A stretch of DNA of 64,000 nucleotides from Macrostomum lignano (taxonomy: Eukaryota). The notes below the pieces were generated by a model, which worked only from the letters and a program-made list of their open reading frames with translations, made no database searches and had not been told where the DNA came from. Where the stretch lies: the NCBI GenBank assembly GCA_002269645.1, contig NIVC01001740.1, positions 124,001-188,000 on the forward strand, given 5' to 3'. A program made the position numbers and the translations under genes. Shown here one piece after another: positions 24,631 through 38,500 of the stretch; position 1 is the stretch's first letter, and each line of letters begins with the position of its first letter.

Positions 24631-27600
24631 AAACATTACAGCCACAAGGTCTAAGACACAACGAGAAATACAGAAAAGCAAGGCAAAGCCAGAAATGAAG
24701 GACAAGCAGACAACACTAAACACCTAAACACTAAGGCAGACAGTGACAGAGTCAAGACAGAAACAAAGAGGGAGACAGAGATTGATAGTCAGACAAGCTA
24801 CCAAAAAAACAACACATAACTAGTTGGATGCATAGCTAGCAAAAGCAACTTACCTTCGCACTTGGCCAATAAATTCATTACTATCGCCAGCTACTGGTTG
24901 ATTTGAATCCTGACGAAACAGCTGGCGAAACAGTTTGCGTAGAGGCATGAGCCAGCTAGCATGAGAACAATTGCAATGGTAGCATTACTAATTAGACTTA
25001 AGTTTTGTCTTAAGTTTTTAAACAGATCTGATTACTACATGTTTAACATCAATAGATAATTTGGAAAGTTTTAGTATAGGTTAGTTCATCTCTTAAGGCA
25101 TATCTAGATTTTGTTATAATTTAGGATATTTTAAGGCATATCTAGATTTTGTTATAATTTAGGATATTATTAAGGCATATCTAGATTTTGTTATAATTTA
25201 GGATATTATTAAGGCATATCTAGATTTTGTTATAATTTAGGATATTATTGTAGTGCCAAAAAGCACAATTCTTATTTTTTAATCGAAATCTTCAGACAGT
25301 TAAAGAACCATGGTACAATTCCTTTGACAATACAAAATGCATTAACCTAAAACCTTAATGATGCATACAGTCATAGACCACAAAGTCAAAGATAATACAT
25401 AGATGGCTAACACTTCTTGATTAAAGTTAGGAAGGTGGCAAAGGATGCATTGGAATAAATTGATAAGGTAGAATCTATGTGCTAGGGGGCCTATCTATGT
25501 AATATATATATGCTATTTCTAATAGTAAATCAATATAAAAATGTTTAATTTAACATTTGAAAATGGAAGTTAGATTAACAAATAACAATTTGTTTTTCAC
25601 AACAAGATTAATACCAAGTCTTAGAATTCATGCTGATTTATGCTAGAAAATCTGGTTTCCATGTACACTAGGGACTTTACAAAGCATATGGATATAGATA
25701 TGGTTATAAAAACATATATTTCCAATACTTTGTTCTAATATTACAGTATTACCAAGACTTAAAAAACCATTTGAGCTGTTGATTTAATAGGGATAAGGGT
25801 AAATAAATTTTGCTAGTTTCAAAGTGAGGGGAACTCATAAGTCCCTAGAATTTAGGACTTAAATAATAGCAATTTTTGTTATACTTAGGTGGTTAAGGTT
25901 AAATATAAGATGAATAGGGGCCTACTTCACTTTTAAAAGGAAGCTCTAAGTCCCTAGCATCTGGGACTAGTATGGGGTTGGGATGATATTGATAAGGGGC
26001 TAATTCTCAAATGCTTTGAGATTGCAATCAAGCAAATTACAGGATTCTTGCTGTCTGGGGGATACTTGCTATCTAGTTCTAGGGTTGCTTACTATTAGGA
26101 TATCTAGGGCTGTGTGCTATAGGGAGATGCTTGCTATAGGCCTAGGGGTTTCTAATTCATTTGTCTACCAACAATTTGTCTGCTAAGTAGATAAAATGCC
26201 CTTTCCTTCTTAAAACTGTTCATCTACTAGGAAATGGGATATGGATAAAGAGTAAAGTAGGGACTAGTAGGGAGCTGCCTAACAACCTCTCTGTCCATTA
26301 ACATTGATATACTTATAATGTTATAAAGCGCTGCATTTATAGGGGTCTTTGATTATCATTTTAACAAACTATTTCACAATACACACCTAAAATAAGAAAG
26401 CTTAACTAAAAATAATGGAATGGAAACTGTTAAAAATTTGATGAAGATAAAAATATTGGCAAATAATTATTCTCATTAAAAAAATTATTAGATGCAAGAC
26501 ATCTGTGCCATTTGTAGAAAGTGTGTGAGCACTCGACAACAAGCTTTGCAATGTGATGATTGCAGTCAATGGCAGCACCAAATATGTGGTTCAGGCATAA
26601 GCCAAAAGGAGTAGGCCAATGAAGAGGTTAATGAAGAGGTTGTGGCCCTTGTGGGTTGGGCAGCTCCCCACCCCCATTTCCCGGCAGATGAACAGTTTTT
26701 GAAAGAGAAAACTTTTTGTCTGCTTAGCAGACGAACTGTCAGCAGACGAAACGACTGGTATCCGCTAGGTTTATAGGCCCTAAATTGAATGCTTGCTTGC
26801 TGTCTGGGGGATGCTTGCTATCTAGGGGATGATTGCTATCTGGCGAGATGCTTGACATCTGGGGAATGCTTTCGACTTAGGGGAATGCCTATTATCTTTG
26901 TGAAGGCTTTATTTTGTGGTGTTTTTTTGTTTATTTTAGAAAAAAGAGATTCATAGCAAACATCTTTGTCCATGACAAATTTACTCAAATAAGGTGAATC
27001 TATAAAACAGAAGAAATCTTTTCTTAAGAAAATGTGCTTTTTTCAATGGAATTCCATGAAAACTTTTGCTCCTTGCTTATTGGGCGCTCCGAAAGGGGGC
27101 ACTAGATTGCTAGTCTATATTATAACTAAACCTAAAAAGTTAATTTCCAAACTAAACTGTCAATAATCGTTCGAAGAAATCTATATTTTAACCACGTGGG
27201 AAGCAAGGAAATGCTTTGAAATCTAGCCGTATCAATGAATAAAAGCAAAGGCAGCCAAAACTTATTAATTTAAAAACATAAGTAGCGCAGCTGGTTAAGT
27301 TGTTTTTTGGCTAGTAAATTTTGTTTAAAAACAGTACTTCTTATAAAACAAAATTCAATTCAATTCAAGGTCTGTTTCTTGATTTTTTCTATTTAATTGC
27401 CATTAAGTTGTATAGACGTTAAAAGCAAGGACCACTAGAAGAAGAAGGGGCCTTTTCATATTGCTTGTTCTGGTTCCAGAACCAGAACCAATTTGTGAAG
27501 TATAACTTTTTGTCTCCATAACTAGAGGGAGATACGTGCTATAAAGTTTCTATTATTGTATGAAAAACGCCAAGAAGAAAGTGAAAAATTGTGCTAAGTG

Positions 27601-27792
27601 AGGTTGTTAAGGCAGCCAAACATTCAACAGAATTAAATAGTTATACTGCTGTTTTTCTTGGAAGATCCGAACCGGTAACCGGTCGTTTCGCCCATAAACC
27701 GTTTCGGCCATGGACATTTCGCCCCCAGACCATTTCGCCCACAGACCGTTTCGGCCGTGGACCCGGACCGTTTCGCCTCCAATTCGGACCAG

Positions 27793-29190
27793 GGGCCCGT
27801 GCTATAGATTTAAGAGCAAAGAGTAAGGAGTTAGGAGTCAGGAGTGCTCCTTAGCAAGGAGCGAATCAATTTTGTGTGCTATAGAGTTCAAGAATCAAGA
27901 GTTAGGAGCTAGGAGTTGTTCCAAGGATAGAGTGAGGACTTCTAAGGAGTGTAAGGTGATTGGCTAAGGAGTCTGCCTATCTGTGTGCTATATAAAACTC
28001 CTAAATGTATGCACTGTAAGGAGTAATTCTAGCAATTAAGTAACAAGTTCAAACAAGTTTTATTAGGCCCTACCCTGTGAAAAGCGGCTATGAGTACGTA
28101 AAGCAATAAAACCATTTAGGCTACAAGCCTGCCATTTAAATTGATGGAGGGAGTGCATTTAATTATTTGATAGACTGAAGTAAATAAAAAATGGTTTAAC
28201 TGCTATTGTAGTTAATTGCTCTCATTTGATAAACAACTAACACTCGTATAAGAAATATCGTATAAGAAGGGTGCTATTAGAGACCATAAAATTGGTCATT
28301 ATTGTTATTCAGCCAAACATGCTTGTTTTCACTTTTTAGCACTGACAGTACAAAATCAAAGATTTGTGATGTTTTAAGATGCAACATATCTTTGTTGAAA
28401 TTGGTGTTGATTCTCATTGAGCAAAAATCATGACACAGTATGAATCAATGATGACCCACTTTTTGATTTTTAAAAAAGCTTGTCCTTTGCTTAAAATGCC
28501 TAGGTTGCCGATCGTTGGTCCCTCATCGTCCAAGCCTAGGTCGCTATCCGAAAGCATGACAAAAAAGACACTCCTTACTAACCTAAGAGTAAAATTTGAC
28601 CCTTGAAATCTTATCTAGGAGTTAGGAGCTAGAAATGAAATTCGCTCCTTCTATAGGACACGCACTCCTAAACTCACTCCTAAACGGCAATTCCTAGCTC
28701 CTAGCTCATACATGCGCAACTGCTGGCTGACCTGGCCAATCTGGCAATCTGGCTACTGTAAATTGTGGTGGACCAGGGGTAAGTCGCAAAAATGCCCAGC
28801 CTAAAGAATACAGACAATACTAATTAGATGATGAGGCATTTAGCCCTTATAAGACAGTTATAGTTACTCCTGCTGTTTACCCAAAATTGTGTTAGGGTTT
28901 CTTTCACAGGTAAGTCGCATTTTTGGTCAAAAAGTAAGTCGCATGGCCAGTGTAAATCAGGGGGTTGCGCATGTATGTCCTAGCTCCTACTCCCAGATCC
29001 TTATTCTATAGTACGCGACAAACCTTAATGAGGTCTCCTAAATTCACCAAGGAGTCTCCTAACATCCTTAAAGAGCCTCCTAGCTCCTAAAATTTACTTT
29101 TGATTCTATAGCATGGAAAAGCCATCTAGGAGTTAGGAGTTAGGACACTTAAGGATTTTAAGAGTTAAGAGTATTCTATAGTATGGGCCC
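27793..29190. mobile_element. 1398-bp non-autonomous PIF/Harbinger-like (PHIS) element with a CAG TSD
   Basis: TIRs GGGCCCGTGCTATAG / GGGCCCATACTATAG (13/15); CAG duplicated at 27790-27792 and 29191-29193; subterminal taggagttaggag repeats in both orientations; no ORF. Confidence 0.8.
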
Positions 29191-31399
29191 CAGGCCCAGG
29201 GTTGAAATGAACATGCGCGCAACGATACGATTTATTATAAGCAAGGTTCAATAGTAGCCACCCCCAATCCAGGGCTAAAACACCAACAATCTATATACTA
29301 ATATATACTCGTTTTAATCTTATCCTTTTATTTCTGGTAATTTACCTTCGTTAATCGTTCTCCTTGCATAACTGAAGCCAAAGATTGAAATGACTTACAT
29401 ATGTACAGCAGTTAATTTTTACTTTACTTGATCAGGGTTTTACACTTTGTGCTTTGATTGAAATGACTAATTTTATATAGCTTTTTTATTTTTATACTTT
29501 ATCACTGTTTTACTTTTACTAGATAGTTTCTCTCCTAAACTCGGGGTTCAGAAAGTAGAATATATAGCCTTAGATTAGTCACACAGTTATTGAGTTACAA
29601 AATTGTGCATAGGCCTTTTCAGTGATGTGGAAATAATAAACAGCTAGACCTACATAATTACATAAAATATGTCAAATGTTTCGACACTTGTAACTTTAGA
29701 AGTCATCCTAATTATCTAGCATTACTATACTAGAAAATAGTAGTAAAATCGCTACTTTGCATAGTATTTGATATTATATAAAAATGAGCAGAAACGGTTG
29801 TTCAAATTTGTGCCATTTTGGGCCCTAAGTGTGCATACAAAAGGCAATCAATAGTATGCTACCGTATCATATAGCATGACATGGACCACTTTATAGGTGG
29901 TTTTTGCCATGTTCTATACTGCCTAATGTGTATATACAGCTGATTGATATGAAGTGCATCAAACTAGTTTGGAACTGGTTCCATTTTTCAAACTAGCGAT
30001 ATGAAGAGGCTTAAGGATGGGACACTTTGTTTCTTGGAAAATTTAATAATGGCTGATTTTCACGGAAAAATGCACTAGCGAGATAGGAACTTTTCACTTT
30101 TTTTCCTTTTAAAATGGTGATAGCTTTTTATTGGAAGTAGATACAAAGCTCTTCTTTTGATATAACTTACAAAATATGTTGCTTCAACGGATTTTATGAA
30201 GATTTTTTACAATTAATTGATCTTCATATTATTTTAGTTACCAGGCCTAGCTATATCATGCAGCAATTATAGTTTTTTAAGCTAACTAGTGACTAACTTG
30301 AATTTTAGAATATCTTTTTAATTGAATGCATCTATTTATTAGCAATATATCATTAAAAAACAGTTGGCTATAATTATATGCCCAATTCACTACTTATTCA
30401 TTTTAGTTTTTTATTTATCATATAAAATAGGTATTTAATTATGTAGCTATACCTTAACTATACTAGCTATGTATATAATTAGAGAAAATTTAGAGAATAA
30501 GGCCCTTAGTGATTACTTGAATATATTTTGTATTAACTTGTACTTATACATAATTATTTTGTTGGTTACAAAAATTTTGCTTTGATTTTGTTATGTTTTA
30601 CTTTTTGATCTTGACATTTGCTCAATTTTGTTTAACTCTATATGGACTTATGAACTATAATATACAGGCCTAATCCAAATTCCCAAATCCTAATCCCAAT
30701 CCTGATCCTAAGAAAAAAAATATTCCTAATCCCACCAATAGCATACAAAAACCATTTGTGGATATATATCACCAAAAATAAAATATATCAGTTTAAAGTT
30801 TCTATCAAAATATATGTAAATATGCTATTGAAAGGTGAAAATATGATTTATGTTTATAGTCTATTTGGCAAAAATATATATTAATGATTCTAGAGCAACT
30901 TTTTTTGGCAAAAATGATAAGCATTATAGCAACAACAAATTGTGCACCAACTTTTGTTGGCTCTAATAATAGGTTTTTATGTATTTATATATATTTTAGT
31001 AGCAATAAACATAATTACTATCCTAGCATAGCATTCAATATTGAATTGCATTGCAATCAAACTACTAGGGCCTATGGTATCACTATTTATATATCTTCAT
31101 TGTTTTGAAAGTATTCTCTATTATGTAGGTCTCTACCAATACTGTTGCAATATAGATCATATTTGAACTGCTAGCCTAGGAAGTCATCAAATACAATTAG
31201 AAAGCAACAAAAGCTATCAGAAATGGCAAACTTTTGGTTTCCCACATTAAATTATTTTAATGTGATATTATATTATTAAACAAGTTTGAATAATGCAATA
31301 GATATGAGCATAATAAGAATGAAAAATCATAGGATCAGTGCTAATAGTGTCCCAGGGCTCTTATTTTTTCTTTTGTTTAGCCTTACTTGCTGCCACCAA

Positions 31400-33250
31400 G
31401 CTGTTGCAGGGGTTATTCCTTCTTGTTAATATTGCTGGTTATTACTTGCCTTTTACTCGTAGCGCATGTACTTCTATTGGTAGCATATGTACTTCTATTG
31501 GTAGCGTATGTACTTCTATTGTACTTTCTGGCCTGAGTGGTCTTTTTAGGCACTGTCTATCCTATTCTTATACTCCTCTAAGGGTATTATTCTCAGTCCT
31601 GGGCGTTCCTGGGATCAGAGGGTCACAGCTTATTTGCTGGGTATTCTGCCCTGAGGCGGGTTTCTCAGACTCTGAGTCTGGGCTTCTCTACCCTGTGGTA
31701 GGATCTCTGCCTCCTAAAGGTGATTTCTCAGATCCTAGATCTGGTTGTCTCGTTCTCTGAGAATGGGTTGAACTCTCCCAATCTTGGGGCTTCTATTGCT
31801 TTCTAAAATAACTAAGTCAGTAAGTATCGAGCAATATACTAGAACAGTTTTAAGCTTGAAGCCAGCGAAGCACAAGTTGCCCAAGTTGCTCTCCTTCTTA
31901 TTTGGCTTGTGTATTTATACTCTTCTCGATTTGGTCTTTTAAACAAATAAAATTTCATAATATTTAAAATATTTACAATATTACTAATATTATACGTATT
32001 AAAACAAAATAACCTAGTTTCAAATATACTACTTTCTAGGAAATGAACAACACTAAAATAAGGCCTACCTCAATAGCTATTATCATAGTTAGGTCTTATG
32101 CATCACCGCAGGCTCATGTCAGTATGGCAAGCTTTGTACTCAAGTGTGTTGCCTACAAAATGGTATTTTGCAAGTCAGCACATTATAGTAAAACTGTCAA
32201 GCAAAGCCTAAACCAATTCCCAATGGTTGAGTAAGAATAAGATGTTGCAAAGTTCAATGCTGCCAGACATTTTTTCCATTAGAGGAATTGTAATTAGTGC
32301 TAGTGGTCTTCTAGCTATAGTAGTAATGCACATTAAATTAATTGTTACAGGGGTTTCACTTCTGTCCCTACAAATGATTCCACAGCTGTCACCAAGTTGT
32401 ACCAGTGGTGACTCCTATATACTGAGAATCTCACCGCTGAGACACTAAGTTGTAACAGGCCTTTTGACTCCCTATGAGAATCCCACCGTTATGTTACCAA
32501 AGTTGTCGTAGGGGTGTTCCCGTACGATACAAAATCCTACTGCTGTAACCAAAGTTGTTACGAAGCTATTTCTCCTTAATAATTCTACTGGTTGTTAATT
32601 GTATTTCTACTGGTAGCGCATGTACTTCTATTGGTAGCATATGTACTTCTATTGGTAGCGTATGTACTTCTATTGTACCTTCTGGCCTGAGCGGTCTAAT
32701 AGCACTGTCTATTCCATTCCTATATTCCTCTAAAGATATTATTCTCTCAGTCCTGGCGTTCCTGGGATCAGAGGGTCACAGCTCTAAAGCGAAATCTCTG
32801 CCCTGAGGCGTTTATTCCTGCTCTGAAGCGATTCTTCTGCCCTGAGGCGAATATAGCACTTTCCTACCCTGAGGCAATTCTCGCTTTTAGCGGATTTCTG
32901 ACTCTCAATGTGAGGATTTCAATCTTAGCAAATAACTAAGTCTTTTAAAATACTGCGAGTAACGATTTCTAGGTTTGCTTATCTGAAGCCAAGAGGCAGC
33001 AAACAAACACAAAACGAGTTGAAGCTAAGCGAAGCAATTCGAGTTTATTTTTCCTGGCCCAATCTGGGCTCCTATTTATACACTTTTCGGCGTAAATTTT
33101 AACAAAATAATAATTTCCGAAAATATTTTTGCAGATCACAACGTTTAAACAAAATATTTAGTTTTTCGTGCAAATTTGAATAAAAGCTTTCTAAGAAATA
33201 CCGTATTTGTGCATAAAATAGTTGTTACTTCTTAGGCACTATATCATAAT
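31400..33250. repeat. Two diverged direct copies of a ~600-bp decayed element (about 31400-32050 and 32590-33250)
   Basis: Both contain the 21-bp triplet gtagc[ag][ct]atgtacttctattg followed by cctgggatcagagggtcacagct and gccctgaggc. Confidence 0.7.
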
Positions 33251-35519
33251 TTAATGCTAGAAACCAAAATATCATCCCAGAAGCTATCAGAAAGAGAGGA
33301 TATGGCAAAAAAGTATCCAAGCTATATAAACTTCAATATAATTATTTAAAGATTTCATATCTATATTAAAAAATGCTACAATAAACTTCTATAGACTATT
33401 ATTCAAACAAATTTTACTTGCAAGTATTAATAACATTTTTAACCTACACATAAAAAAAATTAGTATGGAAGCATATAGTAAAAGAATATTAAAACTATAA
33501 AATTTAAAAAATGGTCCTATAATTGTTTTTCTATGCATTAGAATCTTATGAGTTTTGAGGTATGAATTTTACTAAAAACTGACAAAACTTGCTAATATTA
33601 ATGTTAGATTGATTCTAATTTCATTACATATTTATAACAAACTTTAAAACCAATACATTTGTACTAAAAGTCATTGAGTTATATGCCTTTGAATATAAAT
33701 TTTATATTTTTACAAAAGCACCAATTGCAGCACTAGCTTAGCATAGTGTATACTAGCATGGTGTAGGCCAATCTGTGCGCAAGTAGTCCATGCAAACCAA
33801 ATGACCCTTTTAGGATCTTCACTAGTTGCTTAATTTGCTCATGCTAGCCTCTTAGTAACTTATCCAAGATAGCTGCGAAGTTGGCACTTGGCACCTAGGC
33901 CAAGTGATGTGTGTCAAGATTAAGGTGACAAGCGGTGCAAAGTTATTTTTTGTATTTGACAGTAGAATCAGGAATCTTGAGCGCATAGCTCTAGGTGGAG
34001 TCTTGAGAGGAAGAAGGGCTAAAACCCAGAGGGGAGCTCTGCAAAAGAAAGAGTATACTGCCATAGACTAACTAAACAATAACAGAACGAAAGTTGAGCA
34101 AAGCTAAGTCACATAATATACAATATAGACAGAAAAACAATAATGCACTAAAGCTATAGGCTGAGCTCTAATGCACAACACCAAGATCTACCTCATTTGT
34201 TCTTGGTTGGATCTACCTTGGTTTGTTCTTGTTGGTTAGGATGACATAATCCTCACTTTGCTTGGCATGTAATATCTTTTCCTTTGATTCATTCGCTCGC
34301 ATGTAACCTCTTCTTCACTTTCTCTCTCTCCTTTGTGCTCAAGCTTTGATTCCTCTCCCCTTTCACTTTCCTCAATCTTTTCATCCAAGCTTTCACACTG
34401 AGTACTCTCTCATTTGCTTCCTTCTCTCTAATTCCTACTTTTGCACCTACCTAGATACCTACCTACCTAGGAAATAGATTCCTAACTAAAAAGAAAATTT
34501 GTTTCAATTCTGTTTTATGTATTAAAATTGACATTTTCAATAATACTACTTTTCTAAAATAATACAATAAGTATTTTAGTAGTATTATAGTTCAATAATA
34601 CTACTAAAATTATTTTTTTTCTAGAGTATCTCTTTCTATGTTGCTTAATTTATTTTTTTAGTTATCTACTATGTTATTTTTTATATTATAAAATACATTT
34701 TCAAGTGTTTTCATTTTGGTCAAATTTCTATATCTTACCAGTCCCTACTAATAGTGAGAGACAAGTATAATTAAAAAAAAACAAGCAAACATTGAAGTAT
34801 TACAAGTAAGGCCTAGCTTTTGCTAACTTTAACAGGTGCTAACCATTTTGGCAATAGAGATTCACCATGGACAAATTCTGTGACAATGAAGGAGGCAAAT
34901 TCAGACTCCAGTTTAATAAAATCATAGCAACTGCTCTTATGAACTAGAAAAATCTACAAGTGGAGATGCTGAATGGTGTTAATAATGGCCATTTTGATTT
35001 CTCATTGTGTTTGAGTAAAAGTTCTTATTGAGATTGAAGATTGAGAACCGAAATGCAAAATGAAATTTAGAAGAGAATGGAGCATTTTAATAAAGGCATT
35101 CATTATTTACAAGGTACCATGCAAATAATGACAAATGATTTCAAATCTATTGAATGAGAGTACCTTTAAGAAAACCTTACCAAATTCACTTTCCATCACC
35201 TTTTTTGCTTTTTTGCAAGTTTGTAGAAAATCAGTTGAGCTGCTAACACCCTTGAGCTAACTGAATTCTAAATAAGACATTTTATTTAGTTAAGACAGAG
35301 TGCCTATTTTTAACCTGAAAAGGTATTTCATTTTTAAAATAAGAAAAATGCATTCGTGGTGTTGCTGCTATACAAAAGACTATACAATGTACAAGGCCTA
35401 GGCTTAGTAAATTAATAGATGCTCCCATCTTATAACTCTCATACTACTGTCTGATACTACTCTCACCAACCACACTCTAAAAGCATTTTATAGCTGAGTA
35501 CAATGCAAATTTCTGCTTT

Positions 35520-38500
35520 ATGTTGGCATCATTGCTGCTCCTTCCTCTAAGCCGTCGCTGTTGTAACAGCTTTAGGCTTCAAAAATGCAGCATCCGCTGC
35601 CGCCATTCTGCATCAGCAGATTATCAAAATGGCAGCCGGCAGCGTCTTGTAATTCTGGGCACGGGCTGGGGCAGCTACTCGGCTCTGCGCAATGTTGACA
35701 AATCAAAATTTGATGTCATTGTCGTGTCGCCTAGGAATCACTTTCTATTCACCCCGCTGCTGTGCTCAACAACTGTTGGTACGCTTGAGTTTCGTTCCAT
35801 TATTGAGCCGGTGCGCGAGTATGGCTTCAGACAGTCGGACCATTTCCATCTGGCCGAGGCCACTGAGGTGGACTTTAATCTGCGTGAGGTCACCTGCCGT
35901 TCCTGTTTGGGAAGTCGAGCATCCTATCAGATTGGCTATGATCGATTGATTATTGGGGTGGGTGCGCTCACTAATACCTTTGGCGTGCCCGGTGTTAATG
36001 AGCACGCCTTCTTTCTCAAGGTGAGATTTGAGTAAGGCCCTAATAAAATATTTAAAGTCTGGATTTATCCCCGTGTAATTTATCCTTAAAGGTGTCTGTT
36101 AATCCCTTGATTTCGGATTCTTAATAATGTCTTCTATTCTCTTAATTTGGTATTATTAAAGGTTTCTGCTAATTCCTTAATTTGAAGTTTTTAGGGTGTC
36201 CGGCAATCCCTAGTTTAGGATTCTTGAAAATGTCCAGTAATTCCTAGTTTGGGATTGTTAAAGGTGTCCAGTCATTCCTAGTTTGGGATTGTTAAAGGTG
36301 TCCAGTAATTCCTAGTTTGGGATTGTTAAAGGTGTCCGGTAGTCCCTAGTTTGAGATTCTTAAAGATGTCCGGTAGTCCCTAGTCTGGGATCCTTAAAGA
36401 TGTCCGGCAATCCCTAGTTTGGGATTGTTAAAGATGTCCGGTAGTCCCTAGTTTTGGATTCTTAAAGATGTCCGGTAGTCCCTAGTTTGGGATTGTTAAA
36501 GATGTCCGGTAGTCCCTACTTTTGGATTCTTAAAGATGTCCGGTAGTCCCTAGATTTGGATTCTTAAAGATGTCCGGTAGTCCCTAGTTTGGGGTTCTTA
36601 AAGATGTCCGGTAGTCCCTAGTTTGGGGTTCTTAAAGATGTCCGGTAGTCCCTAGTTTTGGATTCTTAAAGATGTCCGGTAGTCCCTAGTTTGGGATTCT
36701 TAAAGATGTCCGGTAGTCCCTAGTCTGGGATCCTTAAAGATGTCCGGCAATCCCTAGTTTGGGATTGTTAAAGATGTCCGGTAGTCCCTAGTTTTGGATT
36801 CTTAAAGATATCCAGTAGTCCCTAGTTTGGGATTGTTAAAGATGTCCGGTAGTCCTTACTTTTGGATTCTTAAAGATGTCCGGTAGTCCCTAGTTTTGGA
36901 TTCTTAAAGATATCCGGTAGTCCCTAGTTTGGGATTGTTAAAGACGTCCGGTAGTCCCTAGTTTGGGATTCTTAAAGATATCCGGTAGTCCCTAGTTTGG
37001 GATTGTTAAAGATGTCCGGCAATTCCTAGTTTGGGATTGTAGGATTCTATTGCTAACTATAAATCGCATAGATTGCCCATAGCTAATATGAAATATGAAA
37101 AAACCTCTGGCAGGAGGTGAGCGACGCCAGGCAAATCCGTGAGCGCCTGATTGAGAACACTGAGCTGGCCCAGCAGGCCTGGATCAGTCCAGACGAGCGG
37201 GCACGCCTGCTGCACACTGTCATTGTGGGCGGCGGACCGACCGGTGTGGAATTCGGCGCTGAATTGTACGACTTTGCTCGGACAGATTTGGCCAGGCTGT
37301 ACCGGCACAAAGCCGCCGATGTGCGCGTCACCCTGGTCGAATCGGCCCAGATTCTTGCCTCGTTCGACGCCTCGTTGCGTAATTATGCGGAGAAAAAGAT
37401 TCGAGCTAGAAAAAATTTCGACTTGCGACAGGGAACTGTTGCGTCGGTTGACGCCCAGGGAGCGGCGCTCAGGTTTGTGTAGCTCCGCAGACTGAATTTT
37501 TACAGTCACGTGACCATTTGTCTTAGATCATAAAAGTCACGGGACCATTCGTCTTAGATCATAAAAGTCACGTGACCATTCGTCTTAGACCTTAAAATTT
37601 ACGTGATCATTTGTCTTAAACCATCTAAAGTCACGTGACCATTCGTCTTAGATCATAAAAGTCACGGGACCATTCGTCTTAGATCATAAAAGTCACGTGA
37701 CCATTCGTCTTAATCCATAAAAGTCACGTGACCATTCGTCTTAAACCTTAAAAGTCACGTGACCATTCGTCTTGGATCATAAAAGTCACGTGACCATTCG
37801 TCTTAATTCATATAAGTCACGTGACCATTCGTCTTAGACCTTAAAAGTCACGTGACCATTCGTCTTAGAACTTGAAAGACACATAGTCAGACTTTAGATA
37901 TCGCCAGATTTTTAGGGAGTTGACCAGCTTGTTTGAGGTGACGTAATTTTATTGTCACGTGACCTTTTTTTCTTAAAAGTCACAAGATTTCTATAGCGTG
38001 AGCAACCTGTAAGTAAGATTTTTTCCGGACTATAGAAATCATTTGGATTTCTTACGGTAATGTAATCAGCTTTCTTAGAATGTCTTAGAAGAGTCACGTG
38101 TTTTTCACAGTTATGCGACTAGCCCTTGTTTCAAAGTCAAATGATTCTTAGTCACGTGACCATCGCTAATAATAATGACATTTTTGTATAGTCATTTGAT
38201 CAATCTCCTTCAAAGTAACGTGAGCAGAATCTTATAAAAATCACTTGATTTCCTACAGGCACGTGACCAGAGCGTTCGGGGAAGTCACGTGATTCGTAGC
38301 AATTCATACGCTAGAGGTCTATAACTACAGCCCCATAAATTACACTCGGATAACTCCCACCCGCGCAGAGACGGCAGTCGCTTGCCTGCAGGCCTGGTTG
38401 TGTGGAGCACTGGCTTGGCGCCGCGGCCTTTCATACGCGATCTAGACGCGCCTAAGAGTCCCAGCGGTCAGCTTTTAACAGATCCGCAGCTGAGAGTTCT

